From positions 63,860 to 127,859 of the forward strand of contig CAYPAA010000001.1 in the NCBI GenBank assembly GCA_964408625.1: a stretch of DNA of 64,000 bases, given 5' to 3'. The position numbers and the translations under genes were made by a program. Below, one piece after another: positions 7,802-17,313 of the stretch. A model generated the notes under the pieces. It was not told where the DNA came from. It made no database searches and worked only from the letters and a program-made list of their open reading frames with translations. Source of the DNA: an uncultured Roseburia sp. (GTDB lineage Bacteria > Bacillota > Clostridia > Lachnospirales > Lachnospiraceae). The stretch's first letter is position 1. The number at the start of each line of letters is the position of its first letter.

Positions 7802-8709
7802 ATTCTAGATAATGTTTTCAAAAGATGGTCGAAGTATTCCGGAAGGGGCGCTTCGACTTCTATATATTCTTTACTTCTTGGATGCACAAATCCTATGATT
7901 GCGGCGTGAAGTGTCTGTCCTTGCAATTTATAAGGGCACTTTTTAGGCCCATATACCTCATCGCCTAACAGCGGATGCCCAATACTGGACATATGCACAC
8001 GGATTTGGTGCGTTCTTCCCGTTTCAAGTTTAAATTCCATATACGTATAGTTACAAAATCGTTCCAGCACTTTGTAATGTGTGACGGCTTCTTTTCCGTT
8101 CTTTTCATTGATAGCCATCTTTTTTCGATCAATTGGGTGTCTTCCGATTGGCGCACTGATGGTATCGGAATCTTTTGAGACGTTACCAATCACGATTCCC
8201 CGGTAGATGCGATTGATGGTATGTTCTTTAATTTGCTCCGCAATATCAACATGAGAAATATCATTTTTACACACGATAAGTGAGCCTGTCGTATTGCGGT
8301 CGATGCGGTGGACGATGCCGGGGCGCAGTTTCCCATTGATGCCGGACAAGGAATCCTTGCAGTGAAACATGACAGCATTCACCAATGTGCCGGATGGATG
8401 TCCCGGTGCAGGATGAACCACCATCCCTTTCGGCTTATTTACAATAAGAACATCATCATCTTCATAAAGAATATCGAGTGGGATATCTTCCGCTTCTATT
8501 CTGGCCGTAACAGGAGCTATTTCCTGCAATAAAATTCGATCTCCCGTATTGACCTTATAATTTGCTTTTGAAGTGGAATCATTTACAAAAACAAGCCCGT
8601 CCTTTATGTATTTTTGGATGGAACTGCGTGTCAAAGAACTATGAAGTTGACTTAAATAAACATCGAGCCGAAACCCTTGCTGCTCCGACTCCACAATATA
8701 TTCTGCCAT
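7798..8709 (-). CDS. rluD: RluA/RluD-family pseudouridine synthase
   Basis: S4 domain, NKPKGMVVHP, HRIDRNTTG, GRTHQIRVH. Confidence 0.92.
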   Translation of the reverse strand: MAEYIVESEQQGFRLDVYLSQLHSSLTRSSIQKYIKDGLVFVNDSTSKANYKVNTGDRILLQEIAPVTARIEAEDIPLDILYEDDDVLIVNKPKGMVVHPAPGHPSGTLVNAVMFHCKDSLSGINGKLRPGIVHRIDRNTTGSLIVCKNDISHVDIAEQIKEHTINRIYRGIVIGNVSKDSDTISAPIGRHPIDRKKMAINEKNGKEAVTHYKVLERFCNYTYMEFKLETGRTHQIRVHMSSIGHPLLGDEVYGPKKCPYKLQGQTLHAAIIGFVHPRSKEYIEVEAPLPEYFDHLLKTLSRI

Positions 8710-8718
8710 AATACATAC

Positions 8719-9237
8719 CTATTTCTTTTTGAATTTAAATGCATCTGTAATCACAGTCAAATCTTCTTCCGTATACACAAAGAGTATTAAGATAAACAGT
8801 GCAATTACACTGCATGTCACATAAATGTCAGCCACATTAAACACCGGAAACCGAATCAATGAAACATAAATAAAATCAATCACACTCTGATACAGAATGC
8901 GATCAATAAAATTTCCAATCGCGCCGGCAAATACGAAAATCAAAATGAAACGAAACGATAGGAATCTCTTTGTGAATGGCAATACCACATATAAATATGC
9001 CATTATGATACAAAGAAGCGGCGTTAAAATATAGAATAACAGCATTTTATCTTCTAACAAAGAAAATGCAGCCCCGGTATTTCTAAGATAATGCAACTGC
9101 AAAACACCGGGAATAATATCGATGTCTTTGTGAGAAAGATAAGTAACGGTCAATTGTTTTGTCCATTGATCAAGAAAAACCAGAAGAAAAACAACCGGGA
9201 TGGCAACGATAATGGACTTTATTCTTTTACTATTCAT
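8719..9237 (-). CDS. lspA: Lipoprotein signal peptidase II
   Basis: DQWTK, NTGAAFS, GNFIDR, VIDF, FNVAD. Confidence 0.96.
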   Translation of the reverse strand: MNSKRIKSIIVAIPVVFLLVFLDQWTKQLTVTYLSHKDIDIIPGVLQLHYLRNTGAAFSLLEDKMLLFYILTPLLCIIMAYLYVVLPFTKRFLSFRFILIFVFAGAIGNFIDRILYQSVIDFIYVSLIRFPVFNVADIYVTCSVIALFILILFVYTEEDLTVITDAFKFKKK

Positions 9238-9250
9238 AACAAAAAATTTC

Positions 9251-10342
9251 CTACTCTATCATCATTGAAATAGCGTCTAACAGAGCCTCGTCTGTATATG
9301 TCTTATTGACGACGGCCTCACCGATGTGCTCCAATATAACAAATTTAATGTTCGCACCATCCATTTTTTTATCAGACTTTGTCGCTGCAAGGATTTCATC
9401 CGGAACATAATTTTGAATGGAGATTGGCAGACCAAAACTCTGTATTGTATTTAATATATCCTGATATTCATTTTGTGTAATTCCGTGATTTTTTAATGAC
9501 AAATATGCGGCTCCATGCATTCCAATCGCAACACACTCTCCGTGATATAAACTAAAATCAGATAGTTTTTCTATTGCATGTCCGAGCGTGTGTCCAAAGT
9601 TTAAGTGCACTCGAATGCTTTGCTCCTTTGGATCTTCTTCGACAACAGTTTTTTTAATCTTACAGCTTTCGAAAATCATCTCAGCAACCACATCCGGCTT
9701 CAAATCACAAATTTCATCATGATGTACCTTTAACCACTCGTAGTAGGCAGCATTCTTGATAAGACCATGCTTTATCACTTCACCCATTCCGGAAGAAAAC
9801 TGTTCCTTTGGTAGTGAACGAAGAACAGATGTATTGATATAGACCATTCGAGGCATATAAAATGCGCCAACCATATTCTTATATTGTAAAAAATCAACGC
9901 CTGTCTTACCCCCAATACTGCTATCAACCTGCGAAAGTAATGTTGTAGGCACTTGAATAAAATCAATTCCGCGCAAATATGTGGATGCTGTGAATCCTGT
10001 CAAATCACCTACAACTCCACCGCCCAGCGCAATAAGTAAATCCTTGCGATCAAAATGGCAATTAATTAATTTTTGATATAACTTTTCTACCGTCTCTAAA
10101 TTTTTAGAGGCTTCTCCATTCGGGAAAACAAACGATTCGACAACTTCAAAGCGTTCTTTACAAATATTTTCCATCTCATTTAAGTATATTTTTGCCACTT
10201 CCGAATCAGAAACAATGCAGACTTTGCGGTATGTGAGTCCTACAATTCCTTCCATATGGTGCAAAAACGATGCAAAATCATTTTCAATAAAAATGTGATA
10301 ACAAGGGTTCCCTTCATAATGAACTAAAAGTTGTTTCGACAT
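9251..10342 (-). CDS. aroB: 3-dehydroquinate synthase
   Basis: GGGVVGDLTGF, PTTLLSQVDSSIGGKTG, LNFGHTLGHAIE, HGE. Confidence 0.96.
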   Translation of the reverse strand: MSKQLLVHYEGNPCYHIFIENDFASFLHHMEGIVGLTYRKVCIVSDSEVAKIYLNEMENICKERFEVVESFVFPNGEASKNLETVEKLYQKLINCHFDRKDLLIALGGGVVGDLTGFTASTYLRGIDFIQVPTTLLSQVDSSIGGKTGVDFLQYKNMVGAFYMPRMVYINTSVLRSLPKEQFSSGMGEVIKHGLIKNAAYYEWLKVHHDEICDLKPDVVAEMIFESCKIKKTVVEEDPKEQSIRVHLNFGHTLGHAIEKLSDFSLYHGECVAIGMHGAAYLSLKNHGITQNEYQDILNTIQSFGLPISIQNYVPDEILAATKSDKKMDGANIKFVILEHIGEAVVNKTYTDEALLDAISMMIE

Positions 10343-10352
10343 AGGCTTGCCT

Positions 10353-11105
10353 TTATTGATACCACCGAAATGATACCTTGATTCTTCCTTTCTTGGTTTC
10401 ATCTCCGATTTCATCTATTCTTATTTTTCCAAAATTTCGCATGGAAACAATATCTCCGGGCGATAATTTTTGATTGTGATTTGAAATCAGTTTTCCATTA
10501 ATAAATAGGTTTTCACCCAAAATATATTCGGATGCTTTTGCTCTGGATAATTTACACGCAAGTGAAACAAAAGCATCTAACCGATTGGATGATATCACAC
10601 CGCGCTGTTCTACATAATGATGCTTCACAACAAAATCAGTCATATTCACTGTTTTGCCGGAAACTTGTGTGTGACGAATTTTATATAATTCCTGAATAAT
10701 AAAATCTTTGATTTTATCTACGCAAAAAAAATATACCTTGTCATCCTGTAATATAATATCGCCAATCGTAGAGCGCTCGAGTCCGAGATGCATCAAGGAA
10801 CCGAGTACATCTCGATGCGATAAATCTTCCGCAAATTTTTGGTGAACCGGCGTAAAGCAAATACAGGCAATGGGAAATTCCCAACTATAATAAAGAGCAT
10901 CAGGTTGGAATGCTGCCATCTGACGCTCTGCTTCATCATAACCCCCATACAAAGCAATTGTTGATGGCATTGCATCTTTGCATTTATATAGAAGATTTAT
11001 CTCATTCATATTTAAAAAATCGCTAAATAAAACAATTCCTTTTCTGTCAGCCTGATTTGAAAGATCAATAAAACGCTTTGTGACAGCATAATCATCTCTA
11101 TCCAT
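10353..11105 (-). CDS. ylmH: YlmH/Sll1252-family S4 RNA-binding protein
   Basis: SDFLN, GGYDEAER, HRDVLGSLMHLG, RLD S4 domain. Confidence 0.9.
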   Translation of the reverse strand: MDRDDYAVTKRFIDLSNQADRKGIVLFSDFLNMNEINLLYKCKDAMPSTIALYGGYDEAERQMAAFQPDALYYSWEFPIACICFTPVHQKFAEDLSHRDVLGSLMHLGLERSTIGDIILQDDKVYFFCVDKIKDFIIQELYKIRHTQVSGKTVNMTDFVVKHHYVEQRGVISSNRLDAFVSLACKLSRAKASEYILGENLFINGKLISNHNQKLSPGDIVSMRNFGKIRIDEIGDETKKGRIKVSFRWYQ

Positions 11106-11107
11106 GA

Positions 11108-11665
11108 TTAAAATCCGGTTTGGATTCCCGAAAAGTCGAATGCATCGACAATCCCCTGTAAGTCACCTGAAATATCAACAGATGCAGGCGTAATGATGAA
11201 TATGTAATTACTAACTTTTTGAAGATTTCCATCAATCGCATAACATGAGCCAGATGTAAAGTCAATGATTCTTTGAGCAAGTCCTAAATCAAGACCTTCC
11301 ATATTTAAAATCACCGTTCTGTCTGCCAATAATGTTTCGGAAATCTCTCTTGCATCTTCAAATGAGGATGGCTTAATAACGCATACTTCCATGTTAACAC
11401 TATTCCCCTTTCTACTGCCACGCATAGGTGTAATCTTTGGAGAAGCCTTTACAACAGGGCGTTCTCTAACAGGTATAGCTGCTTTTGAATGCGCTTCTGT
11501 TTCTTCTTCAACAGCTTTGCGTTTGCCAAAAACAGGGAAAAAGGATTTTGTATCCTCTTCATAATCATCATCATAATACTCTTCGTCGTACATTTCATCG
11601 TCATAATACTCTTCGTCGTCTTCTGGAAGCCTCATCACATCCAACATGCGGTCAAAAAATGCCAT
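11108..11665 (-). CDS. sepF: Cell division protein SepF
   Basis: N-terminal amphipathic helix; PSSFEDAREI...RIIDFTSGSCYAIDG. Confidence 0.93.
   Translation of the reverse strand: MAFFDRMLDVMRLPEDDEEYYDDEMYDEEYYDDDYEEDTKSFFPVFGKRKAVEEETEAHSKAAIPVRERPVVKASPKITPMRGSRKGNSVNMEVCVIKPSSFEDAREISETLLADRTVILNMEGLDLGLAQRIIDFTSGSCYAIDGNLQKVSNYIFIITPASVDISGDLQGIVDAFDFSGIQTGF
11571..11619. repeat. 19-bp direct repeat (30-bp period) in the SepF acidic linker
   Basis: TCATAATACTCTTCGTCGT at 11571 and 11601, encoding DEEYYDD twice. Confidence 0.8.
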
Positions 11666-11683
11666 GATATCTCTCCTTAGCCT

Positions 11684-12379
11684 TTATGAATTATGGTATA
11701 TTCGTTCACCGAAAATTCCGGTTCCAACACGAACCATCGTTGCCCCCTCTTCAATGGCAACTTCAAAATCTCCAGTCATACCCATGGATATAATATCCAT
11801 ACATACATTATCAATCTTTTCGTTCATTATGTCAACAGATAAATCCTTTATTTTGCGAAAATAAGGTCGATTTTCTTCAAAATCCACAACATATGGTGCT
11901 ATGGTCATTAGCCCCATGATGTGAACGGCGTCCAATGTTGAAACTTGTTTCACTAACTCAATCGCATCTTCTTTTGCGACTCCAAACTTAGATTCCTCGT
12001 CAGCAATGTTTACCTCGATAAGAATTGGAACGACAATCCCCTTCTTTTTTGCCTGAATGTTTATCTCTTCCGCCAGACGAAAACTGTCAACAGAGTGAAT
12101 GAGAGAAACTTTATCTATGATATATTTGACTTTGTTTCTCTGCAAATGCCCGATCATATGCCACTTTATGTCCTTTGGCATCTCTTCGATTTTACCACAT
12201 AATTCCTGAACTTTGTTCTCGCCAAAGTCACGAACCCCGGCATCATAAATCTCCTCAAGATCAGTTACCGGTTTTGTTTTGCTGACAGCAATCAATGTGA
12301 CCTCACTGCGGTCTCTGCCTGCTTTTTGGCATGCTGCTTCAATTTTCTTCTCTACTTCATTTAAATTTTCTTTTAACAC
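11684..12379 (-). CDS. yggS: PLP homeostasis protein YggS/YlmE
   Basis: LIAVSKT, FGENKVQE, WHMIGHLQRNK, SMGM, VRVGTGIFG. Confidence 0.95.
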   Translation of the reverse strand: MLKENLNEVEKKIEAACQKAGRDRSEVTLIAVSKTKPVTDLEEIYDAGVRDFGENKVQELCGKIEEMPKDIKWHMIGHLQRNKVKYIIDKVSLIHSVDSFRLAEEINIQAKKKGIVVPILIEVNIADEESKFGVAKEDAIELVKQVSTLDAVHIMGLMTIAPYVVDFEENRPYFRKIKDLSVDIMNEKIDNVCMDIISMGMTGDFEVAIEEGATMVRVGTGIFGERIYHNS

Positions 12380-12396
12380 ATTCGTTCTCCTTATCT

Positions 12397-13782
12397 CTAT
12401 TGGTTAATCAAGTCATTCTCTTTGATGGAATCACCTTGCAATGCAATATGATCATAATTGGCGATACCGTAGGATGTGCCTTTGTTTACAATTGCATAGT
12501 CCTCATTTTGATATAAAATCTCAATCTGTTTGAATATGGCATAACCCTTATTGATATTATAGACCCCTTTTAATTTTGCTGTTTTCGATCCAATACGGTA
12601 TGTGTCAGAAGCATCTGGTTTGATAATCACATCATCAGCAGATACTTTCTCGGAATCGATATAGTATGTTGAATCCGTCTCATAGTAGATTGTTGGTATC
12701 ACAAGTTCAGAACTTGAGCCCTTTTTCACCATCAAACCGGATTCATCCGAATCGTTCCCTTTAAAGAAATAATTCTTTGGAATTTCAAAAAACTCTTTTT
12801 CAACAATCGCTGTATTGGGAATCTTTAAACCAGATTGTTCATCAAGCAAAAGCGCTATATGCACAAACCTTGACAATGCATAACGCTCCACACTGTCATC
12901 CAAAGACAAAATCAAATAATAGGCATGATCACGTTTCTCGACCTTGCAGGATGTCCAAGTGGTCGCATTATCTTCCAAAAATCGAATTTGAATGTATTCG
13001 GTATTTTCTGACTGCAGTGTTTTTGCAAGTGATTTATCAATTTCCATCACAAGATTCCATTTGTCTGATGTAATCAGTTTATAGACAACCTGTCCTTCCT
13101 TTACCTTTTCCTGATTCTTCAAATTGGTAACGCTAAGTTTTTTTGCATCAAACGTATCTTTGTCAAAGGACGCAAGACTGACACCTTCCAACCCGTCTGT
13201 CTGATATACTACAACACCAACGCATGGTGGTTGAAAGAAGGAGAATTTGCCCTGCTGTTGAGCCTGTGCAATCTCTGATTCTAATTCCTGCATCATATTG
13301 CTGCTGTAATACTGCTGTAGGTCCGATGCCAGATCCGTTCGAAAATGATAAACTTTTTGAAAATCATCATCACTATAGTCGAAGGTAAATTCGCGAATGG
13401 AGTTTGTAAGTTTTGACAAGTCACTTTTTGAAATCACATCCAGATTGTGATTACTACCTCTGAGTTTATCGGTGATATTGCCGGAACTCTCGACGGAATA
13501 TATGTTTGTCTTTACGCCGACCTGATCCAGATTTGGGGCATAGTAAAAAATATTTCCGGCTGTTGTGGCCTGTACATTCTCTTCTTGACGAATTGCCAGT
13601 GCCTGATAGGTTGTATCTTTGGAAATTGTGCCTTCCGTCACTTCATATACCGTAATATTGTCAGAAGTAATAAAACTAAATACATGAAATAATACATAAA
13701 TAAATATAATTCCAAAAATGATAAGACCAATATTAATTTGAATTTGTTTGTGAAACTTTATCACACGCTTCTCTTTTTTCAC
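12397..13782 (-). CDS. Membrane-anchored HlyD/RND adaptor-like protein
   Basis: N-terminal TM, coiled coil, GVVVYQTDGLE lipoyl-like half, KLITSDKW; usual neighbour of yggS in clostridia. Confidence 0.65.
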   Translation of the reverse strand: MKKEKRVIKFHKQIQINIGLIIFGIIFIYVLFHVFSFITSDNITVYEVTEGTISKDTTYQALAIRQEENVQATTAGNIFYYAPNLDQVGVKTNIYSVESSGNITDKLRGSNHNLDVISKSDLSKLTNSIREFTFDYSDDDFQKVYHFRTDLASDLQQYYSSNMMQELESEIAQAQQQGKFSFFQPPCVGVVVYQTDGLEGVSLASFDKDTFDAKKLSVTNLKNQEKVKEGQVVYKLITSDKWNLVMEIDKSLAKTLQSENTEYIQIRFLEDNATTWTSCKVEKRDHAYYLILSLDDSVERYALSRFVHIALLLDEQSGLKIPNTAIVEKEFFEIPKNYFFKGNDSDESGLMVKKGSSSELVIPTIYYETDSTYYIDSEKVSADDVIIKPDASDTYRIGSKTAKLKGVYNINKGYAIFKQIEILYQNEDYAIVNKGTSYGIANYDHIALQGDSIKENDLINQ

Positions 13783-13825
13783 AAGTAAACTCCCTGAAAA
13801 ATGTTATTGTATATGAATTCTCGTT

Positions 13826-13855
13826 GTATAAAATGTCCTTTGATAACAAATACTA
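13826..13855 (+). promoter_or_regulatory. sigma-G-like forespore promoter
   Basis: GTATA, 18 nt, AATACTA upstream of the DUF378 gene. Confidence 0.5.
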
Positions 13856-13876
13856 CCTAAAAAGGAGGTACCTAAA

Positions 13877-14074
13877 ATGAAAGGCTTAGATTATACATTG
13901 CTTACCCTCGTGATTATTGGAGCTATCAACTGGGGGCTTATCGGTTTTTTCCAATTTGATTTAGTTGCTTTTATTTTTGGGAATATGTCTTGGCTTTCAA
14001 GAATCATATACGCCCTCGTTGGTTTGAGTGGATTATATATGATTAGCGCTTACGGACGTATTCGTTCTAATTGA
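13877..14074 (+). CDS. DUF378 small membrane protein (YuzA-like)
   Basis: LVIIGAINWGLIGFFQFDLVA...RIIYALVGLSG; RBS AAGGAGG. Confidence 0.9.
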   Translation: MKGLDYTLLTLVIIGAINWGLIGFFQFDLVAFIFGNMSWLSRIIYALVGLSGLYMISAYGRIRSN

Positions 14075-14100
14075 TAACTGAAAATTGAAGTTTTATGTAA

Positions 14101-14137
14101 ATATAAGGTGTTCCATTTTGGAGCACCTTATATTTTT
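14101..14137. terminator. Bidirectional terminator between the DUF378 gene and dac
   Basis: ATATAAGGTGTTCC...GGAGCACCTTATAT stem. Confidence 0.65.
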
Positions 14138-15114
14138 GCTTCGCCGTATGTATATAATAATTCATTCATCAAATAATACAAATTCAAACTACAGTCCGCA
14201 TTGTAAACAATGGATATGATAGGTTGCTCGTGATCATTTATGCTGTAAATAACAAGACAATACCCTGCCTCGTAAGTTGTACCCGTTTTTCCACCAACAA
14301 CAGTAAACCCGGCAGGTGCTTTTTCACTTCCCAACAGATATCGGTTGGTATTGGTCCAATCCTGCTCCTTTGCCTGTCCATCTGAACCTGTATAAGTCAC
14401 ATGATATTTGGGTGTACTTATGATTTCCATAAAAGTTTCATTTTTCAATGCTTCCTGGAAGATTAAATACATATCATAAATGGTTGTATAATGATTGTCA
14501 TCGTGCAATCCATGTGGTGTAACAAAATGGGAGTGTGTAGCACCAATCCTTTGCGCTCTCTCATTCATAAGTTTTGCAAAACCTTCTTCACTTCCGCCCA
14601 CACTCTCTGCAATCGCTAACGCTGCATCATTTCCGCTTCGCAGCATAAGACCATATAAAAGATCGCGTAAACGCATGGAATCGCCGGCAGAAAGATTTGC
14701 CACGGAAGAATCCGGTGTTTGGTCTGCAGCATATGTACTCACAGTAATCATCTGGTCCAAATCGCCCTGCTCAATAGCGACAAGACACGTCAGAATTTTT
14801 GTAGTGCTGGCCGGATACATCTGGCCGAAAATATTCTGTGCATAAGTGCATTCTCCCGTCGCAAGGTTAAATACGCCGCCACCTTTGGCAACCTGAGAGT
14901 CCACGGCTTCCAAACCAAAATTATCCTGATCTGTAACACATAAATCTGCAGAAAAGAAATCTGCACCGCACTGCGGCAATGCTTGTGTAATATGATATTG
15001 ATTTGATGACAGTTCTAAATCATATGTAGTTGTCGTAGTATCCTTACATCCGGTGGTCGTAAGAAGGAGTACGATAATCAACAAAACCGAACCTATTCTA
15101 TCGATACATTTCAC
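14128..15114 (-). CDS. D-alanyl-D-alanine carboxypeptidase (peptidase S11), lipoprotein
   Basis: Lipobox-like TTGC; STTK, SGN and KTG motifs. Confidence 0.9.
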   Translation of the reverse strand: MKCIDRIGSVLLIIVLLLTTTGCKDTTTTTYDLELSSNQYHITQALPQCGADFFSADLCVTDQDNFGLEAVDSQVAKGGGVFNLATGECTYAQNIFGQMYPASTTKILTCLVAIEQGDLDQMITVSTYAADQTPDSSVANLSAGDSMRLRDLLYGLMLRSGNDAALAIAESVGGSEEGFAKLMNERAQRIGATHSHFVTPHGLHDDNHYTTIYDMYLIFQEALKNETFMEIISTPKYHVTYTGSDGQAKEQDWTNTNRYLLGSEKAPAGFTVVGGKTGTTYEAGYCLVIYSINDHEQPIISIVYNADCSLNLYYLMNELLYTYGEAKI

Positions 15115-15493
15115 GCCACTCTAAATCTCCTCTATCTAAAGACTTGATTAGCAATTCAGCCGTCGCCAAATTTGTTGCTAATGGAATATTATTTGCATCA
15201 CAAATACGCACAATACTGTTGACATCCGGTTCATGGGATTTTACATTTAACGGGTCTCGAAGGAAAATCACAAGATCAATTTCATTGTGTTCAATCTGAG
15301 CCCCCAATTGCTGTGTGCCGCCCAAATGACCTGCGAGATACTTATGAACCGAAAGATTTGTAACTTCTTCAATCAATCTTCCTGTCGTGCCTGTTGCAAA
15401 CAATTCGTTTTTGCATAGGATTCCCCGATATGCAATACAAAAGTTTTGCATTAATTTTTTCTTTGAATCATGTGCTACTAACCCGATATTCAT
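15098..15493 (-). CDS. mgsA: Methylglyoxal synthase-like protein (catalytic Asp replaced)
   Basis: VAHDSKK, ATGTTG, FLRDP, HEPD, IPLATNLATAE; GGTQQ instead of GGDQQ. Confidence 0.85.
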   Translation of the reverse strand: MNIGLVAHDSKKKLMQNFCIAYRGILCKNELFATGTTGRLIEEVTNLSVHKYLAGHLGGTQQLGAQIEHNEIDLVIFLRDPLNVKSHEPDVNSIVRICDANNIPLATNLATAELLIKSLDRGDLEWREMYR

Positions 15494-16611
15494 GATAAAA
15501 AGCCTCCTCTATTGATAGTTTTCCCCTGTAGTCCGACATTTAAAACAAACCCCATTCCAAAATATAGGGTTACCAGAGAAGTCAATCCATAACTGACAAA
15601 TGGCAATGGCAGACCGGTATTCGGCATAAGACCTGTGACAACGCAAATATTAACAAAACTCTGAAAGCCTACCAGAGACGCCATCCCTGTACAAATCAGT
15701 TTGCCGGACAAATCTTTGGCAGCTTTTGCTGTTTGGAGACACTGATATGCAATGAATAACAATAATAACACAATGATAACAGCGCCAACAAAACCCATCT
15801 CCTCACCGGCAACAGCAAAAATAAAGTCAGTTTGTGGCTCAGGAATATAATTACCATTTTTAACAGAATCCACACTTGTATTATATAACCCTTTGCCCAG
15901 GAATTGGCCGGATCCGATTGCCATAATGGAATTCTGTTGTTGAAAAGCGTCACCAGGGTAATCCTCCGGTCTTAACCAGGCAAGAATACGTTTGCCCTGA
16001 TACGCCTCTAAAATGGTTGCTCCTTTGTGTAGAATTACCAAGATAACTGCAATAATACTCGGTACTGTGATGCCAAGTACAATACCAACAAGCTTATAAC
16101 TAATCCCTGTTACAAAAATCAACGATGCAATAATTAAAAAGGTTACAATGGTCGTTGACAAATCCGGTTCCTTAACAATCAGAAATAATGGAATTGCAGC
16201 GAGAATAGCTGTCTTGATGATAAATCGTTTTTCATTGATTTCATCTTCATATGCCATAAGATAATTGGAAAAAAACAATATCAAAAGTATTTTTCCAAGC
16301 TCCGAAGGCTGGAATCGGATACCGATGTCAAGCCAACGCGTCGCACCACCGGAGGAATCGCCAAAGAATAAAACAAGTAATAGCAATCCCACAACCGCAA
16401 TATAGTATAGTCTGGAAAATTGCAGTATAAAATCATAATCGATAAGCGCAACAATTCCCATGACGACAACACCGAGGATCATACCGATAATTTGTTTGGA
16501 CTGATATTCATAGTTTGCACTACCGATAACAAGAATCCCAATAATTGTCAATGCGACGATTCCAATAATCAATTTGTAGTTTAAATTTTTAAGTTTGTAA
16601 GCGTGTAACAT
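15490..16611 (-). CDS. rodA: SEDS peptidoglycan glycosyltransferase RodA
   Basis: GATRW, FQPSELGK, EPDLST, PEPQTDFIF, GLPLPFVSYG. Confidence 0.92.
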   Translation of the reverse strand: MLHAYKLKNLNYKLIIGIVALTIIGILVIGSANYEYQSKQIIGMILGVVVMGIVALIDYDFILQFSRLYYIAVVGLLLLVLFFGDSSGGATRWLDIGIRFQPSELGKILLILFFSNYLMAYEDEINEKRFIIKTAILAAIPLFLIVKEPDLSTTIVTFLIIASLIFVTGISYKLVGIVLGITVPSIIAVILVILHKGATILEAYQGKRILAWLRPEDYPGDAFQQQNSIMAIGSGQFLGKGLYNTSVDSVKNGNYIPEPQTDFIFAVAGEEMGFVGAVIIVLLLLFIAYQCLQTAKAAKDLSGKLICTGMASLVGFQSFVNICVVTGLMPNTGLPLPFVSYGLTSLVTLYFGMGFVLNVGLQGKTINRGGFLS

Positions 16612-16625
16612 ATAATCTCTCTTCT

Positions 16626-17300
16626 TTATATTTTTGTACAAATTTGACGTATTGATTTGATTGTTCTTTGTTTTCGATGCATTGTGATTTCTTTTTGAAA
16701 TGGTATGGTTCCAATATAATCACCATCAAAAAACTCAAAACAAATCTCTTCCGGATGTTTGTTCCAAAAAGCCGGAAGGTGCTTTGCGTGCTGTTCATTT
16801 AAGATGCAGCGGATGGGTTTGTCCATGCAATGCAATAGGCGGCTCATCGCAATTCCATCCGAGATAGATGCCTTATCCCATGTGGTGACAAGAATACTCT
16901 GTGACACACATGGCAACAAGCAACGATGCGTGTCTGTAATACCAGCCGGGGTATCTATCAATATATAATCAAATTGCTCATCTAAAATTGACAGGATAGG
17001 CAAAAGATTGTCAGTAGTTAAGCGAAAATCTGTATTCTTGGTACCCGGTATCAGATATAGGTTATTTGTAATTGCTAACAATGCCTGTTTTAAGGTACAG
17101 GTACCATGCAAAACATCTACAATATTGTATATTATCTTGTTTTCTAACGAAAACAGTATATCCAGGTTGCGAAGTCCAAAATCGGTATCAATCAGTACAA
17201 CCTTTTTATCCATCTGTGAAAGTTGTAACCCCATGAGTGCTGTTGTTGTCGTTTTTCCAACACCACCCTTTCCAGAGGTAATCATCACAATTTCACTCAA
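16626..17300 (-). CDS. minD: Septum site-determining ATPase MinD, divergent and C-terminally shortened
   Basis: SGKGGVGKTT, IDTDFGLRNLD, IDTPAG; only 224 aa. Confidence 0.8.
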   Translation of the reverse strand: MSEIVMITSGKGGVGKTTTTALMGLQLSQMDKKVVLIDTDFGLRNLDILFSLENKIIYNIVDVLHGTCTLKQALLAITNNLYLIPGTKNTDFRLTTDNLLPILSILDEQFDYILIDTPAGITDTHRCLLPCVSQSILVTTWDKASISDGIAMSRLLHCMDKPIRCILNEQHAKHLPAFWNKHPEEICFEFFDGDYIGTIPFQKEITMHRKQRTIKSIRQICTKI

Positions 17301-17313
17301 TCTTCTCTACTCC

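Noticed and set aside
13748-13766. Rex-box-like TTGTGAAACTTTATCACA
   Set aside because: Wrong spacing for TTGTGAA-N4-TTCACAA, and inside a CDS.
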